NCBI GenBank assembly: GCA_039630235.1
Contig: JBCNVI010000007.1
Coordinates: 20,365 to 84,364, forward strand
Reading direction: 5' to 3'
Source: Candidatus Hydrothermales bacterium
Lineage (GTDB): Bacteria; Hydrothermota; Hydrothermia; Hydrothermales; JAJRUZ01
Length of the DNA stretch: 64,000 nucleotides
Part shown: positions 28,925 through 37,241 of the stretch, one piece after another
Layout of the letters: the number at the start of each line of letters is the position of its first letter
Numbering within the stretch: the stretch's first letter is position 1
Notes under the pieces: model-generated
Told to the model about the DNA's origin: nothing
The model's database searches: none
What the model saw: the letters and a program-made list of their open reading frames with translations, nothing else
Program-made: the position numbers and the translations under genes

Positions 28925-30083
28925 AATCTTAATAATTTATTTACTTATTTCTTTTTTAGGTATATTAAATATTTTTTCAGTCTCACGTTCTTTTGGAAGT
29001 TATCTTTTTATAAGGCATCTAATTTATTTTGGAATTGGATTTTTTTTATTGATTATTTTTAGCAGAATAAGTATACCGAGGTGGAGAGAGTTTTATTATC
29101 TATTTTTTTTAGCTGGTACTTTTTTACTTCTTCTTGTTCTTATTAAGGAGGAAGGTATTAAAAGGTGGCTTTACATAGGAAATTTTTCCTTTCAGGTTTC
29201 TGATGCAGTTAAGCCCCTTTTTATTTATTTTTATTCTATGAACTGTTCATTTATAAAAAATGGTAATTATTTTAAGTCGTTTAAAACTTTTACTCTTTAC
29301 TTAATTCCCTTTTTTCTGATTTTATTTGAGCCTGATCTTGGTTCTGCCCTTTTTTATCTTTTTCTTTTTGGAGTATATGTTCTTGTTTTGAATTTTACTC
29401 TTGGAGTTAAACTCTTTTTTATATTTTCTTTTCTATCAATGATTTTTTCTTTTAATTTTATTAGTTTCTTTGTTTTTTCTGTTGTGTCGTTTTTATTAGT
29501 TTTTTTAATTAAAAGTTTTAAAGCTTCTGATAGGATTTTACTTTCTCTTGCAATTTTGATGCCGGGTTTAACTGTTCCATTTATATACAACAATGTTTTA
29601 AAGGAGTATCAGAGAAAGAGGCTCAAGTATTTTTTAAATCCGGCGGACGATCCAAAGGGTGCAGGTTGGCAGGTTTTGCAGGGTCAACTTGCTATTGGTT
29701 CAGGTGGTGTTTTTGGTAAAGGTTTTTTAAAGGGTTCTCATAAGTCCCTTGCTTTTTTACCGCAGGCTTATTCTGATTTTGCCTTTGCTTCCTTTGCTGA
29801 GGAGTTTGGTTTCTTGGGTTCCCTCTTTTTGATTTTACTTTACTTTTTTTTACTTATTTCACTTTTAAATTTGAGTAAAGAGAAAGAGGGTTTTGAAACT
29901 TTCTTTATTCTTGGGACTTTTTCCTCTATTTTTTACGCCTTTTTTGTAAATATTGGAGGTGTGTTAGGTCTTTTACCAATAACAGGTATCCCTCTTACAT
30001 TTTTCTCTTATGGTGGAACTAATTTTATCATAAACAGTATTCTTCTTGGAGTTTCGCTTTCTTTTACAAGGAAGTCTTATTAA
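28896..30083 (+). CDS. rodA: Rod shape-determining protein RodA (SEDS family glycosyltransferase)
   Basis: SEDS motifs: DPKGAGWQVLQGQLAIGSGGVFGKGF.., SDFAFASFAEEFGF, C-terminal ..PLTFFSYGGTNFI. Start chosen at ATG 28896 (MKDILRVQNRI..), overlapping the end of mrdA. Confidence 0.85.
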   Translation: MKDILRVQNRILIIYLLISFLGILNIFSVSRSFGSYLFIRHLIYFGIGFFLLIIFSRISIPRWREFYYLFFLAGTFLLLLVLIKEEGIKRWLYIGNFSFQVSDAVKPLFIYFYSMNCSFIKNGNYFKSFKTFTLYLIPFFLILFEPDLGSALFYLFLFGVYVLVLNFTLGVKLFFIFSFLSMIFSFNFISFFVFSVVSFLLVFLIKSFKASDRILLSLAILMPGLTVPFIYNNVLKEYQRKRLKYFLNPADDPKGAGWQVLQGQLAIGSGGVFGKGFLKGSHKSLAFLPQAYSDFAFASFAEEFGFLGSLFLILLYFFLLISLLNLSKEKEGFETFFILGTFSSIFYAFFVNIGGVLGLLPITGIPLTFFSYGGTNFIINSILLGVSLSFTRKSY

Positions 30084-30648
30084 TCTTTTGTAATAAGAAA
30101 GTAGCTAGCTTTTTATCTATGGTAAGTATATGATTTGTAAACCAATTTTTCATAAAATTCATAGTTTCAATGCTAATTCCAAGAAGCCCCTTTTCATGTT
30201 TGTCTAATAATTCTTTAACTTTAGTTTTGAAAAATTCATGAGCATTTTATGTTCCTGAAATTCCTGATATTTATATCTAGTCATTAAATCTTCTTCAGTA
30301 TTAAAATGATATTCTGAGTAGCTTTTAAGTTCATTTAGAATCTCATTAATATAATTTCTTTTCCTTGTTTCATTGCACTATGTAGTTCATTCATAATTTC
30401 AAAAAATCTTTTGTGTTGTTCATCAATTATCTTAACACCTAAGGCATATTTTTCATCCCAATTTATGAAACTCAGTAATGATTATAACTAAAATTTTAAC
30501 TATTTTCAAAACAGATCCTTTTTAAAGCGAGGGTGATAGAGATAATAAATCGTGCTTTGTTCCTAGAATAGTCAAATATTTTCCTTTCTTGTAGTTTTTT
30601 ATGGTTTTAAACTTGGAATTTTTCTTGAATTCTTAAAAGCTTTTTGGG
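30043..30648. repeat. Copy 1 of a diverged tandem duplication (rodA 3' tail + hemerythrin gene + 5' part of dedA). Here rodA's tail is intact but the hemerythrin and dedA segments are degenerate.
   Basis: By eye, 30043-30480 aligns with 30650-31097 at roughly 80% identity, and 30484-30648 aligns with 31120-31432 with two deletions. The rodA stop TAA is at 30081-30083. The junction dedA'|rodA' lies at ~30648/30649. Boundaries are approximate (+/-10 nt). Confidence 0.7.
30078..30474 (-). pseudogene. Hemerythrin-like pseudogene (degenerate paralogue of the gene at 30693..31097)
   Basis: Nucleotide-level alignment to the intact hemerythrin gene shows a 1-nt deletion near 30236 (frameshift), further indels, and the start codon ATG replaced by CTG (plus-strand ..aaactcag.. 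versus ..aagctcat..). No >=60-aa ORF remains on either strand. Confidence 0.65.
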
Positions 30649-31432
30649 ATCCTTTATTCTTTTGGTATTTTGCCTTCTTTTACAAGAGAGTCTTATTGAT
30701 CCGATTTTTGTAACAAAGTAGATAGCTTTTTATCTGTGTTAAGTATATGATTTGTTAGCCAATTTTTCATAAAGTACAAAACCTCAATGCTAATTCCAAG
30801 AAGCCTTTTTTCATGTTTATCTAATACTTCTTTAATTTTAGTTTTGAAAAATTCGTGTTCATCTTTATGTTTCTGAAATTCTTGATAGTTATATCTATTC
30901 ATGAAATTTTCTTCGGTGTTAAAATGATATTCCGAGTAGTTTTTAAGTTCATTTAAAACCTTATCAATGATTTCTTTGCCTTTTCCTTGCCACATTGCGC
31001 TATGTAGTTCATTGAGAATCTCAAAAAATTTCTTATGCTGTTCATCAATTTCCCTTATGCCTATAGCGAATTTTTCATCCCACTTTATAAAGCTCATTTT
31101 GTATATTTTGGAGTATAATAATTATAACAAAAATTTTAGCTTTTTTTTTCAAAGATGTTAAAAAAAATTTTTACTTTTTTTATAGTTATACTATTTATAA
31201 TTTTTGTAGTTTCACTTTTAATTTTGTTATATCCTTACAATAAGGCGAGGGTAATAGAGATAGTAAATCGAGTTGGGGTTTGGGGTCCCCTGCTACTGGT
31301 TTTTTTTCATTCTTTTCAAGTAATAGTTGCACCTTTACCTGGCCACGTATTTCCCTTTCTTATAGGTTTTTTTTATGGTTTTATACCTGGAATTTTTCTT
31401 GCAATTCTTGGGAACTTTTTAGGATCATCCTT
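30649..31432. repeat. Copy 2 of the tandem duplication: a non-coding rodA-tail-like remnant, then the intact hemerythrin gene and the intact 5' part of dedA
   Basis: 30655-30699 (..ttcttttacaagagagtcttattga) mimics the last ~40 nt of rodA (..ttcttttacaaggaagtcttattaa). Boundaries are approximate. Confidence 0.7.
30693..31097 (-). CDS. Hemerythrin-like (bacteriohemerythrin) diiron/O2-binding protein
   Basis: MSFIKWDEKFAIGIREIDEQHKKFFEILNEL..YSEYHFNTEENFM..KHKDEHEFF..: HHE cation-binding motifs (H..E..H / H..D..H pattern) of bacteriohemerythrin. 134 aa. Confidence 0.85.
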   Translation of the reverse strand: MSFIKWDEKFAIGIREIDEQHKKFFEILNELHSAMWQGKGKEIIDKVLNELKNYSEYHFNTEENFMNRYNYQEFQKHKDEHEFFKTKIKEVLDKHEKRLLGISIEVLYFMKNWLTNHILNTDKKLSTLLQKSDQ

Positions 31433-31724
31433 AGGATTTCTTCTCGGTAGAATGGGAGGAAAAAAATTTTTAAAATTAAAAAAATTTGAAAAATTAGAGA
31501 AGTATAAAGAAAAAATAAAATCAAAGAGTTTTCTTTGGCTTTCAATACTTTTTCTACTTCCTTTACCTGGTATACCAAAAGACCTTTTATGTTATTTCGC
31601 CGGATTTATTGGAGTAAGGATAAAAGATTTTATTTTGGCTTTACTTCTTGGTAGACTTCCAGCTGAGATTTTTTGGGTTTTAACAGGAGCTGGGGTTTAT
31701 AGTTTTCTTACTCCCCCCTCCTGA
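31155..31724 (+). CDS. DedA/TVP38/TMEM64-family membrane protein
   Basis: Multi-TM protein with DedA core ..VAPLPGHVFPFLIGFFYGFIPGIFLAILGNFLGSSLGFLLGR.. (G-x3-G-x3-G, re-entrant loop signature). Confidence 0.7.
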   Translation: MLKKIFTFFIVILFIIFVVSLLILLYPYNKARVIEIVNRVGVWGPLLLVFFHSFQVIVAPLPGHVFPFLIGFFYGFIPGIFLAILGNFLGSSLGFLLGRMGGKKFLKLKKFEKLEKYKEKIKSKSFLWLSILFLLPLPGIPKDLLCYFAGFIGVRIKDFILALLLGRLPAEIFWVLTGAGVYSFLTPPS

Positions 31725-31740
31725 TTTTTAAAAATTAAAA

Positions 31741-31860
<120 letters not shown>

Positions 31861-31867
31861 TTATAGT

Positions 31868-31896
31868 ATTATAACTTAACTTTTTGAAAATTTCAA
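31868..31896 (-). promoter_or_regulatory. Consensus sigma70 promoter driving the orphan 5S rRNA (TTGAAA-17-TATAAT)
   Basis: On the minus strand TTGAAA (31891-31896), a 17-nt spacer, then TATAAT (31868-31873). The -10 ends 7 nt upstream of the mature 5S 5' end at 31860. Confidence 0.55.
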
Positions 31897-31901
31897 GTCA
31901 T

Positions 31902-32798
31902 TTAGTCTTTTGAGACGAATTTACCTTGATAACTGTCTCTCCTTTCAAGTTCTTTTTCTATATCATTAATTAACTTTAGTTTATTTTTACACCATAAAGG
32001 TGCAATAAGTAAATCCTCAGGAGCTTCGCCTGTTAGTCTTGCAATTAAAATATTTTTATCTAATCTTTCTATAAAATCACATACGATATTCACATATTCT
32101 TCCAACTCAAGAGGCCTGTATCTACCCTCTATAAACTCTCTCTCAAGTTCTGTGTATTTAACAACATGGAGTGGGTGAATTTTAACTCCATTGATTTTTA
32201 ACTTATTTAAGAAATGGGCTGTATTAATATAGTCTTTGTATGTATCACCGGGAAGGCCAATTATAACATGAGCCATTATTCTTATTTTTCTTTCCTTTAG
32301 TTTTAAGACCGATTCTTCAAAACACTTTAGGTCATGACCTCTTTTTGTTAATATCATACTCTTTTCATTTGCAGATTGAAGTCCAAGCTCTACCCATAGG
32401 TAGGTAATTTCATTTAGCTCAGAGAGAAGATCTAAAACATCATCAGGAAGACAATCACAGCGGGTTCCTATTGATATTCCTACTATATCAGGGTGAGTAT
32501 TCAAAGCTTCATAGTATACTTTTCGCATATAATTAACATCTCCATAAGTGTTTGTATAAGCTTGAAAATAAACGATAAATTTGTTTACTTTTTTTCTTTC
32601 TCTTAATATTTCTATCCCTTTAATTATCTGATCTTTTAAAGGAATGAATCTTCTTGCAGTTTCAGGAACAAAGGAAGGATTATAGCAATATATACATTTA
32701 GCTTGGGGTGGACACTTAAATCCTGCGTCTACCGAAATTTTCCAAACTTTTTCTTTAAAGATTTCCTTAAGGTGCTGAGAAAATTTATTATACCTCAT
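31902..32798 (-). CDS. Radical SAM protein, TIGR01212 (YhcC-like) family
   Basis: N-terminal Cys cluster FKCPPQAKCIYC, then a TIM-barrel-like region with HVIIGLPGDT, typical of the YhcC-type radical-SAM family. 11-nt overlap with the upstream dehydratase gene. Confidence 0.55.
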   Translation of the reverse strand: MRYNKFSQHLKEIFKEKVWKISVDAGFKCPPQAKCIYCYNPSFVPETARRFIPLKDQIIKGIEILRERKKVNKFIVYFQAYTNTYGDVNYMRKVYYEALNTHPDIVGISIGTRCDCLPDDVLDLLSELNEITYLWVELGLQSANEKSMILTKRGHDLKCFEESVLKLKERKIRIMAHVIIGLPGDTYKDYINTAHFLNKLKINGVKIHPLHVVKYTELEREFIEGRYRPLELEEYVNIVCDFIERLDKNILIARLTGEAPEDLLIAPLWCKNKLKLINDIEKELERRDSYQGKFVSKD

Positions 32799-33948
32799 CT
32801 ACCCCCTTTAATTTACTGTACCAAACATCCATAAATTTTTTAACCTTTTTTTCTTTTAGAAGTTTTTTGTAAAATCTAAAATTTTGCTTATAAAATTCAA
32901 AGGTTTTTTTGATTGCGTCATTAAAGTTCCAGCTATATTTAAAACCTAAGGAGAACAGTTTAGTTCCATCGAGTGAGTATCTTCTGTCGTGAGCAGGTCT
33001 ATCCTTTAAAAATTCAATAAATTTTTCTTTTTCGACTCCAGCAAGATCACATATAATTTCTGCAACTTTTATGTTTTCTAACTCAGTATTTCCTGGCAAG
33101 TTGTATTCCTCTCCTATTTTTCCTTTTTTAAAGATTAAATAAATTCCTCTCACAGCATCCTCTTGATAAATCCAGCTTCTTATTTGTTTTCCGTCGCCGT
33201 ATATAGGAATCTTTTCTTTCATCAAAACTTTCATAATAGAAAGGGGAATAAATTTTTCGGGAAATTGTCTTTCTCCAAAGACGTTTGAAGGTCTTACAAT
33301 TATCACTGGGAGACCGTAAGTTTTATAAAATGAGTAGACTAACCTGTCAGCGCCAGCCTTTGAAGCGGAATAGGGACTTGATGGATAAAGGGGTGAATCT
33401 TCCTTAGCTTTTCCCTCTATGATTTCACCGTATATCTCGTCAGTTGAAATATGTATAAATTTTCCTCTTTGTCCATTTATTTCTTTAAAGGCATAAAGCA
33501 AAAAGTATGTACCTACTACATCTGTGAACACAAATCTATGAGGGTACATGATTGACCTATCTACGTGGGTTTCGGCGGCAAAATGAAATAAATTGTCTAT
33601 GAAAGTCATAACCACTTTTAGTGGTTCTAAGTTAGTAATTGATGCTACAATCAAAAGTAATCTATCTTCTTTTGATATAAACTTTTTTATTAGATCTTCT
33701 AGTTCTTTTTTACTATAAATCTTTTTATAACTTTTTATTTTAGATCTTTCAAATTTAAAATAGTCTTTTCCGAACAACACCACAACAATGTTATCCTCTT
33801 TTAGAAAAGGAGATAAGTTAAAGGGTAAGCCTGAGTATGTGAGGGAGTCGTATACGATGAATTTTGAGTTTTTTTCTTCATTTATAAGATATCTTATAAA
33901 GTTTGAACCGATAAATCCAGCTCCACCTGTTACAAGGTATAGTCCCAT
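32788..33948 (-). CDS. NAD-dependent sugar-nucleotide dehydratase/epimerase (dTDP-glucose 4,6-dehydratase-like, extended SDR) with a ~50-aa insertion in the N-terminal Rossmann domain
   Basis: TGGAGFIGSNF NAD motif. Catalytic YSASK (Y-x3-K). ..FAAETHVDRSI.. RmlB-type motif. Insert ..FGKDYFKFERSKIKSYKKIYSKKELEDLIKKFISKEDRLLLIV.. lies between beta2 and the HVDRS region. Confidence 0.7.
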   Translation of the reverse strand: MGLYLVTGGAGFIGSNFIRYLINEEKNSKFIVYDSLTYSGLPFNLSPFLKEDNIVVVLFGKDYFKFERSKIKSYKKIYSKKELEDLIKKFISKEDRLLLIVASITNLEPLKVVMTFIDNLFHFAAETHVDRSIMYPHRFVFTDVVGTYFLLYAFKEINGQRGKFIHISTDEIYGEIIEGKAKEDSPLYPSSPYSASKAGADRLVYSFYKTYGLPVIIVRPSNVFGERQFPEKFIPLSIMKVLMKEKIPIYGDGKQIRSWIYQEDAVRGIYLIFKKGKIGEEYNLPGNTELENIKVAEIICDLAGVEKEKFIEFLKDRPAHDRRYSLDGTKLFSLGFKYSWNFNDAIKKTFEFYKQNFRFYKKLLKEKKVKKFMDVWYSKLKGVDEV

Positions 33949-33952
33949 CTAA

Positions 33953-34678
33953 TTATTTTATAAAAAAATAATTTCTTCCTTTAAAGTTAAGAAGCTCAAA
34001 ATCTACATCTATGAAATCTTTTAGGAGTTCAGGCGTTTCAAAAATTTTATGCTTTTCTATGAAAAGAGAATTGCTACCTTCTTTCATTAAAAGGAGGTAG
34101 TCACAAAACCTTAATATGATATTTAAATCGTGAAGAACAAAGATTAAAATTTTGTTTTCCCTTTTAACTTTATTTACGATTGTTTCAAAAATATATAGGG
34201 TATTTTCAAAATCAAGGTGTAAATTAGGCTCATCAAGAATAAAAACCTCTGGATCCTTAATTAAGGAGCGTGCCAATAAAACCTTTTGTTTTTGACCCCC
34301 TGAAATTTCAGTAAATTTTTTATTCCTAATTTTATAAAGATCAAATAGATTTAAAACTGAATTTATCCTATCTTCTTTAACGTTTCTATAGGGGTATAAA
34401 CCAAGTTCAACCATCTCGTAGACTGTAAAGGGAACCTCAGATTCGTAAAATTGTGGAAGATAGGAAATTTTTTTTGATCTTGACAATGCATCCATTTTAA
34501 ATATATTTTCACCGTCAATAAGCACCTCACCACTTAGAGGTTTGAGTATTCCCGAAATAGTTCTAAGAAGAGTTGTTTTACCAGAACCGTTTTTCCCAAA
34601 TATAGCTAAGATTGATCTTTCATTTAGAGAAAAAGAGAGCCCCCTTATTATAGGGGACCCTCTATAACCGCCAAACAA
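33953..34678 (-). CDS. ABC transporter ATP-binding protein (orphan; no permease partner in the operon)
   Basis: Walker A GKNGSGKTT, signature LSGGQKQK, Walker B ILDEPNLHLD, H-loop VLHD. The N-terminus is ~15 aa shorter than usual for the annotated ATG, so the true start may be an upstream non-ATG codon. Confidence 0.75.
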   Translation of the reverse strand: MFGGYRGSPIIRGLSFSLNERSILAIFGKNGSGKTTLLRTISGILKPLSGEVLIDGENIFKMDALSRSKKISYLPQFYESEVPFTVYEMVELGLYPYRNVKEDRINSVLNLFDLYKIRNKKFTEISGGQKQKVLLARSLIKDPEVFILDEPNLHLDFENTLYIFETIVNKVKRENKILIFVLHDLNIILRFCDYLLLMKEGSNSLFIEKHKIFETPELLKDFIDVDFELLNFKGRNYFFIK

Positions 34679-34683
34679 ATTTC

Positions 34684-34965
34684 TTACTTGTAGTTTAATC
34701 TTAAACCCTTCTCAGGAATTTTAATTTGCCTTTTGTCTTTAAGAGAGGTACCCTGTTTTCTTTCGTTTTCTCTCATTTTCTTTAGGAAGTTATCAACTAT
34801 TCCATCGCCATCTCTATCCAAAGTATCTCCTTTAATTTTATAGATTCTTTCACTTTTTATCCTCTTCTCATGATATTTTTCATAAGATTTTTCACTACCT
34901 GGTTTTACCCTTACTTCTATGGAGAATAAATAAACCGGTATAAAAAGAAAAAGGAGTTTTTTCAT
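34684..34965 (-). CDS. Small secreted protein (93 aa), hypothetical
   Basis: Signal peptide MKKLLFLFIPVYLFS. K/E/R-rich mature part with a DRDGDGIVDN (Ca-binding-like D-x-D-x-D-G) motif. 4-nt overlap with the upstream gene. Confidence 0.5.
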   Translation of the reverse strand: MKKLLFLFIPVYLFSIEVRVKPGSEKSYEKYHEKRIKSERIYKIKGDTLDRDGDGIVDNFLKKMRENERKQGTSLKDKRQIKIPEKGLRLNYK

Positions 34966-36212
34966 TTTCTTGACCTTCTATTTTCAATTCTATTTTCTGG
35001 TATTACTCCCCTGCCTTTCAAATTAATCTTCTCTATAGAGCCAGGAATTTTAATGGGTCTCTGCTTTTCAATTTTCCTTTGCCTTTCATATTCAGAATTT
35101 TCTCTATAAGATCTATTCAGTTCTCTTTTTTCCTCAAAAGTTCTTTCTTCAAATTTTAACCTTTCCTCTTCCATTATGGGGACTCTTCTTTTTTCAGAGG
35201 ATTCTCTTTCAAAATCCCTTATTTTTTCTGTATCCTCAAAAGTTTTTTCCTGAGGCCTTTCTTTTTCAAATTTTAACCTTTCTCTTTTCACCTCAGAGAT
35301 TCTTCTTTTTTCGGAAGGTTCAGTTTCTATTTTTCGTATGGTTTTAACTTCTCTTTCAAAGTTTCTCACTTCTTTTATATCTTCTATTTCCGGAAGTTGT
35401 AATTTTTCTCTGATCTTAATTATTTCTCTAACTTCTTTACCTTCAACAAGTCCTGCTTCTTTTACTCTTAATCTCACATTCTTTTCAATTTCTTGCAAGC
35501 GAATTTTTCTTTCACGTGTAATTTCTTTAGAAAATTCCCATCTTGTCCTTACTCTGTATCTTTCTGGAATAGATTTTACATAACGAGGAATATAAACATA
35601 CCTATATTCATAGACTCTAATTTCGTATATAGGACAGAAGTCAAAGTAAAAGTAGAAGAAGATGCGCGGGTAGTGGCAGTCATAACAAAACCAGGGTGCT
35701 GGATGATAGATGTAATACCTGGGAATAACGTAGTAGCACGTCCAAGCACCAAAATAAATTTTGGGAAACCAAAAAGGTGGCCTGAATTTGAAAACTAAGA
35801 CAAAATCTACATCATCGTAGTCGTAATAAATAAAGGAATGGGGAGGTAAAGGTTCAAAGCATTCATCTGGAATATCATATATAGGATAAGGTACAACTAC
35901 TGCGTAAATGTATTCGATACCTTGTTCGTAAGAAGGGAACCACTCTACATCATCGTAAAAATCGTCAGGCAAAACGTAGTGAACTCCAGCTTTTATATAT
36001 ACTGGTTTTCCTACAGGGAAGATCAATTTTGACTTTCCTGAGGGATCAATGTTAAATAAGTAAAGGTAGCCATCGACCTTAGAAATAAGATTAACTTTTA
36101 TCTTTTCACCTGCTGTATAGACTGACTTATGACCCCCTTCAACCCAGAGTTCCACCATTCTTGCCTGAAGTAAGGCAAAGGATACTATGGTTAAAAAGAT
36201 TAATTTTTTCAT
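34962..36212 (-). CDS. Secreted protein: DUF4384-like N-terminal beta domain, an extremely aromatic/Pro/Cys-rich segment, and a C-terminal E/K/R-rich repeat region
   Basis: Start set at MKKLIFLTIVSFALLQA (signal peptide); the track's longer start would overlap the upstream gene by 62 nt. Central segment ..CYYVIPRYYIYHPAPWFCYDCHYPRIFFYFYFDFCPIYEIRVYEYRYVYIPRY... C-terminal tandem ~30-aa repeats (SEKRRISEVKRERLKFEKERPQEKTFEDTEKI / SEKRRVPIMEEERLKFEERTFEEKRELNRS). Confidence 0.6.
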   Translation of the reverse strand: MKKLIFLTIVSFALLQARMVELWVEGGHKSVYTAGEKIKVNLISKVDGYLYLFNIDPSGKSKLIFPVGKPVYIKAGVHYVLPDDFYDDVEWFPSYEQGIEYIYAVVVPYPIYDIPDECFEPLPPHSFIYYDYDDVDFVLVFKFRPPFWFPKIYFGAWTCYYVIPRYYIYHPAPWFCYDCHYPRIFFYFYFDFCPIYEIRVYEYRYVYIPRYVKSIPERYRVRTRWEFSKEITRERKIRLQEIEKNVRLRVKEAGLVEGKEVREIIKIREKLQLPEIEDIKEVRNFEREVKTIRKIETEPSEKRRISEVKRERLKFEKERPQEKTFEDTEKIRDFERESSEKRRVPIMEEERLKFEERTFEEKRELNRSYRENSEYERQRKIEKQRPIKIPGSIEKINLKGRGVIPENRIENRRSRK

Positions 36213-36222
36213 ATTAACCTCC

Positions 36223-37029
36223 TTATTCTGTTTTAGGGGATTTAAACCCCTTTGAAGGTTTAGAAAGTTCAGGGTTTCCCTCATCTAATTGATAGGCCCA
36301 TTCAAAGTACATACTATTATTTAAAATTTTTAAAATTCTTATTTTTGCAAAATGATTATGTTTAGTCCAAAAAACATAGATGTGTCCTTCAATTGCCTCT
36401 AAAATGCCGAGTTTAGACCAACCCTCTAAAGGTGCATAACTTATCTCATCAAAATTTTCAGCATAACCCATATCTTGAACAAATGTAAGTGTATCAGGCA
36501 CTATTATATATCCTATGTGAGTAGAGGTATCGTATTTAAAGTAAAAATCACAGTTTGGTGAAATATAGGGACATACTATTTGATGTTCAAAATCGAAACC
36601 TGAGAAATTTGGATTTATAAGATAGCTAAAAACAACATCTTCACCGTCAGGTCTTGGTGTATCAAATACTTTTTCAGGTGAAAGATCAGATTCGTTACCT
36701 GCTGTATCATAGGCTGATACAGCGTAGTAATATGTTATTCCGTTTTGGACGTTATAATCTATAAAATTTGTTATATTTGGTGGTAAGATTTCAATTTTAT
36801 TATAAGGTCCTTCATAGGAGAAACCTCTCCAGACAATATACCCGGCAAGATCTCTTTCAGTATTTGGGAGCCAATAAAGGTACACTCTTTTGTTGCCTGT
36901 TACAGAGTATACTCCTCTTGGTGGAGCTGGAGGTATGTTATCCTTATATGGAGTATGATATTCGTTGATTATACATCCTAAGGATAGAGAGAGTATTATC
37001 ATTATTGCTATTTTTTTAGTCCTTCCCAT
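36223..37029 (-). CDS. Lipoprotein with a fibronectin type III-like domain
   Basis: Lipobox MGRTKKIAIMIILSLSLGC. FN3-like segment PPAPPRGVYSVTGNKRVYLYWLPNTERDLAGYIVWRG..YYYAVSAYDTAGNES. Confidence 0.55.
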   Translation of the reverse strand: MGRTKKIAIMIILSLSLGCIINEYHTPYKDNIPPAPPRGVYSVTGNKRVYLYWLPNTERDLAGYIVWRGFSYEGPYNKIEILPPNITNFIDYNVQNGITYYYAVSAYDTAGNESDLSPEKVFDTPRPDGEDVVFSYLINPNFSGFDFEHQIVCPYISPNCDFYFKYDTSTHIGYIIVPDTLTFVQDMGYAENFDEISYAPLEGWSKLGILEAIEGHIYVFWTKHNHFAKIRILKILNNSMYFEWAYQLDEGNPELSKPSKGFKSPKTE

Positions 37030-37091
37030 TTTTAAACTCCTTTTCTATTAAAAATTAATACAATATCTGTTCCATGAAAAATTAGATAAAA

Positions 37092-37121
37092 TTGCACAAA
37101 GTTTGTTCAAAAAGTTATAAT
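37092..37121 (+). promoter_or_regulatory. Sigma70-type promoter for tRNA-Leu / ferredoxin (TTGCAC-18-TATAAT)
   Basis: TTGCAC at 37092-37097 and TATAAT at 37116-37121. tRNA-Leu begins 17 nt downstream of the -10. Confidence 0.4.
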
Positions 37122-37138
37122 TTTTATTCAAAGCTTAG

Positions 37139-37224
37139 GCCGGAGTGGCGGAATGGAAGACGCGGCGGACTCAAAATCCGCTCTCCTTCAAAGGGAGGTG
37201 AGGGTTCAAGTCCCTCCTCCGGCA
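37139..37224 (+). tRNA. tRNA-Leu (anticodon CAA), class II with a long variable arm
   Basis: Acceptor GCCGGAG/CTCCGGC. Anticodon arm GCGGA-CTCAAAA-TCCGC (CAA). Long variable arm. T-arm GAGGG TTCAAGT CCCTC. Discriminator A. CCA not encoded. Confidence 0.85.
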
Positions 37225-37241
37225 CAAATAAGGAGGAAAAA

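Noticed and set aside
29354-31578. ORFs 29354..29593 (-), 30967..31161 (+), 31381..31578 (-)
   Set aside because: Antisense or out-of-frame within rodA, the hemerythrin gene and dedA respectively. K-rich or low-complexity products.
34962-35500. Repetitive E/K/R-rich DNA that might be mistaken for a CRISPR or tandem DNA repeat
   Set aside because: The periodicity is at the protein level (imperfect ~30-aa repeats) inside one ORF. There are no identical direct repeats with unique spacers, and no cas genes.
35338-35798. Plus-strand ORFs 35338..35583 and 35493..35798 opposite the DUF4384-like gene
   Set aside because: Antisense to a gene with a signal peptide and coherent domain structure. Serine-rich low-complexity translation caused by the sense strand's E/K/R repeats.
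37092-37241. N-terminal 50-aa extension of the ferredoxin ORF (MHKVCSKSYNF..)
   Set aside because: It runs straight through the tRNA-Leu(CAA) gene. The real ferredoxin start is ATG 37242 with a strong AAGGAGG RBS.
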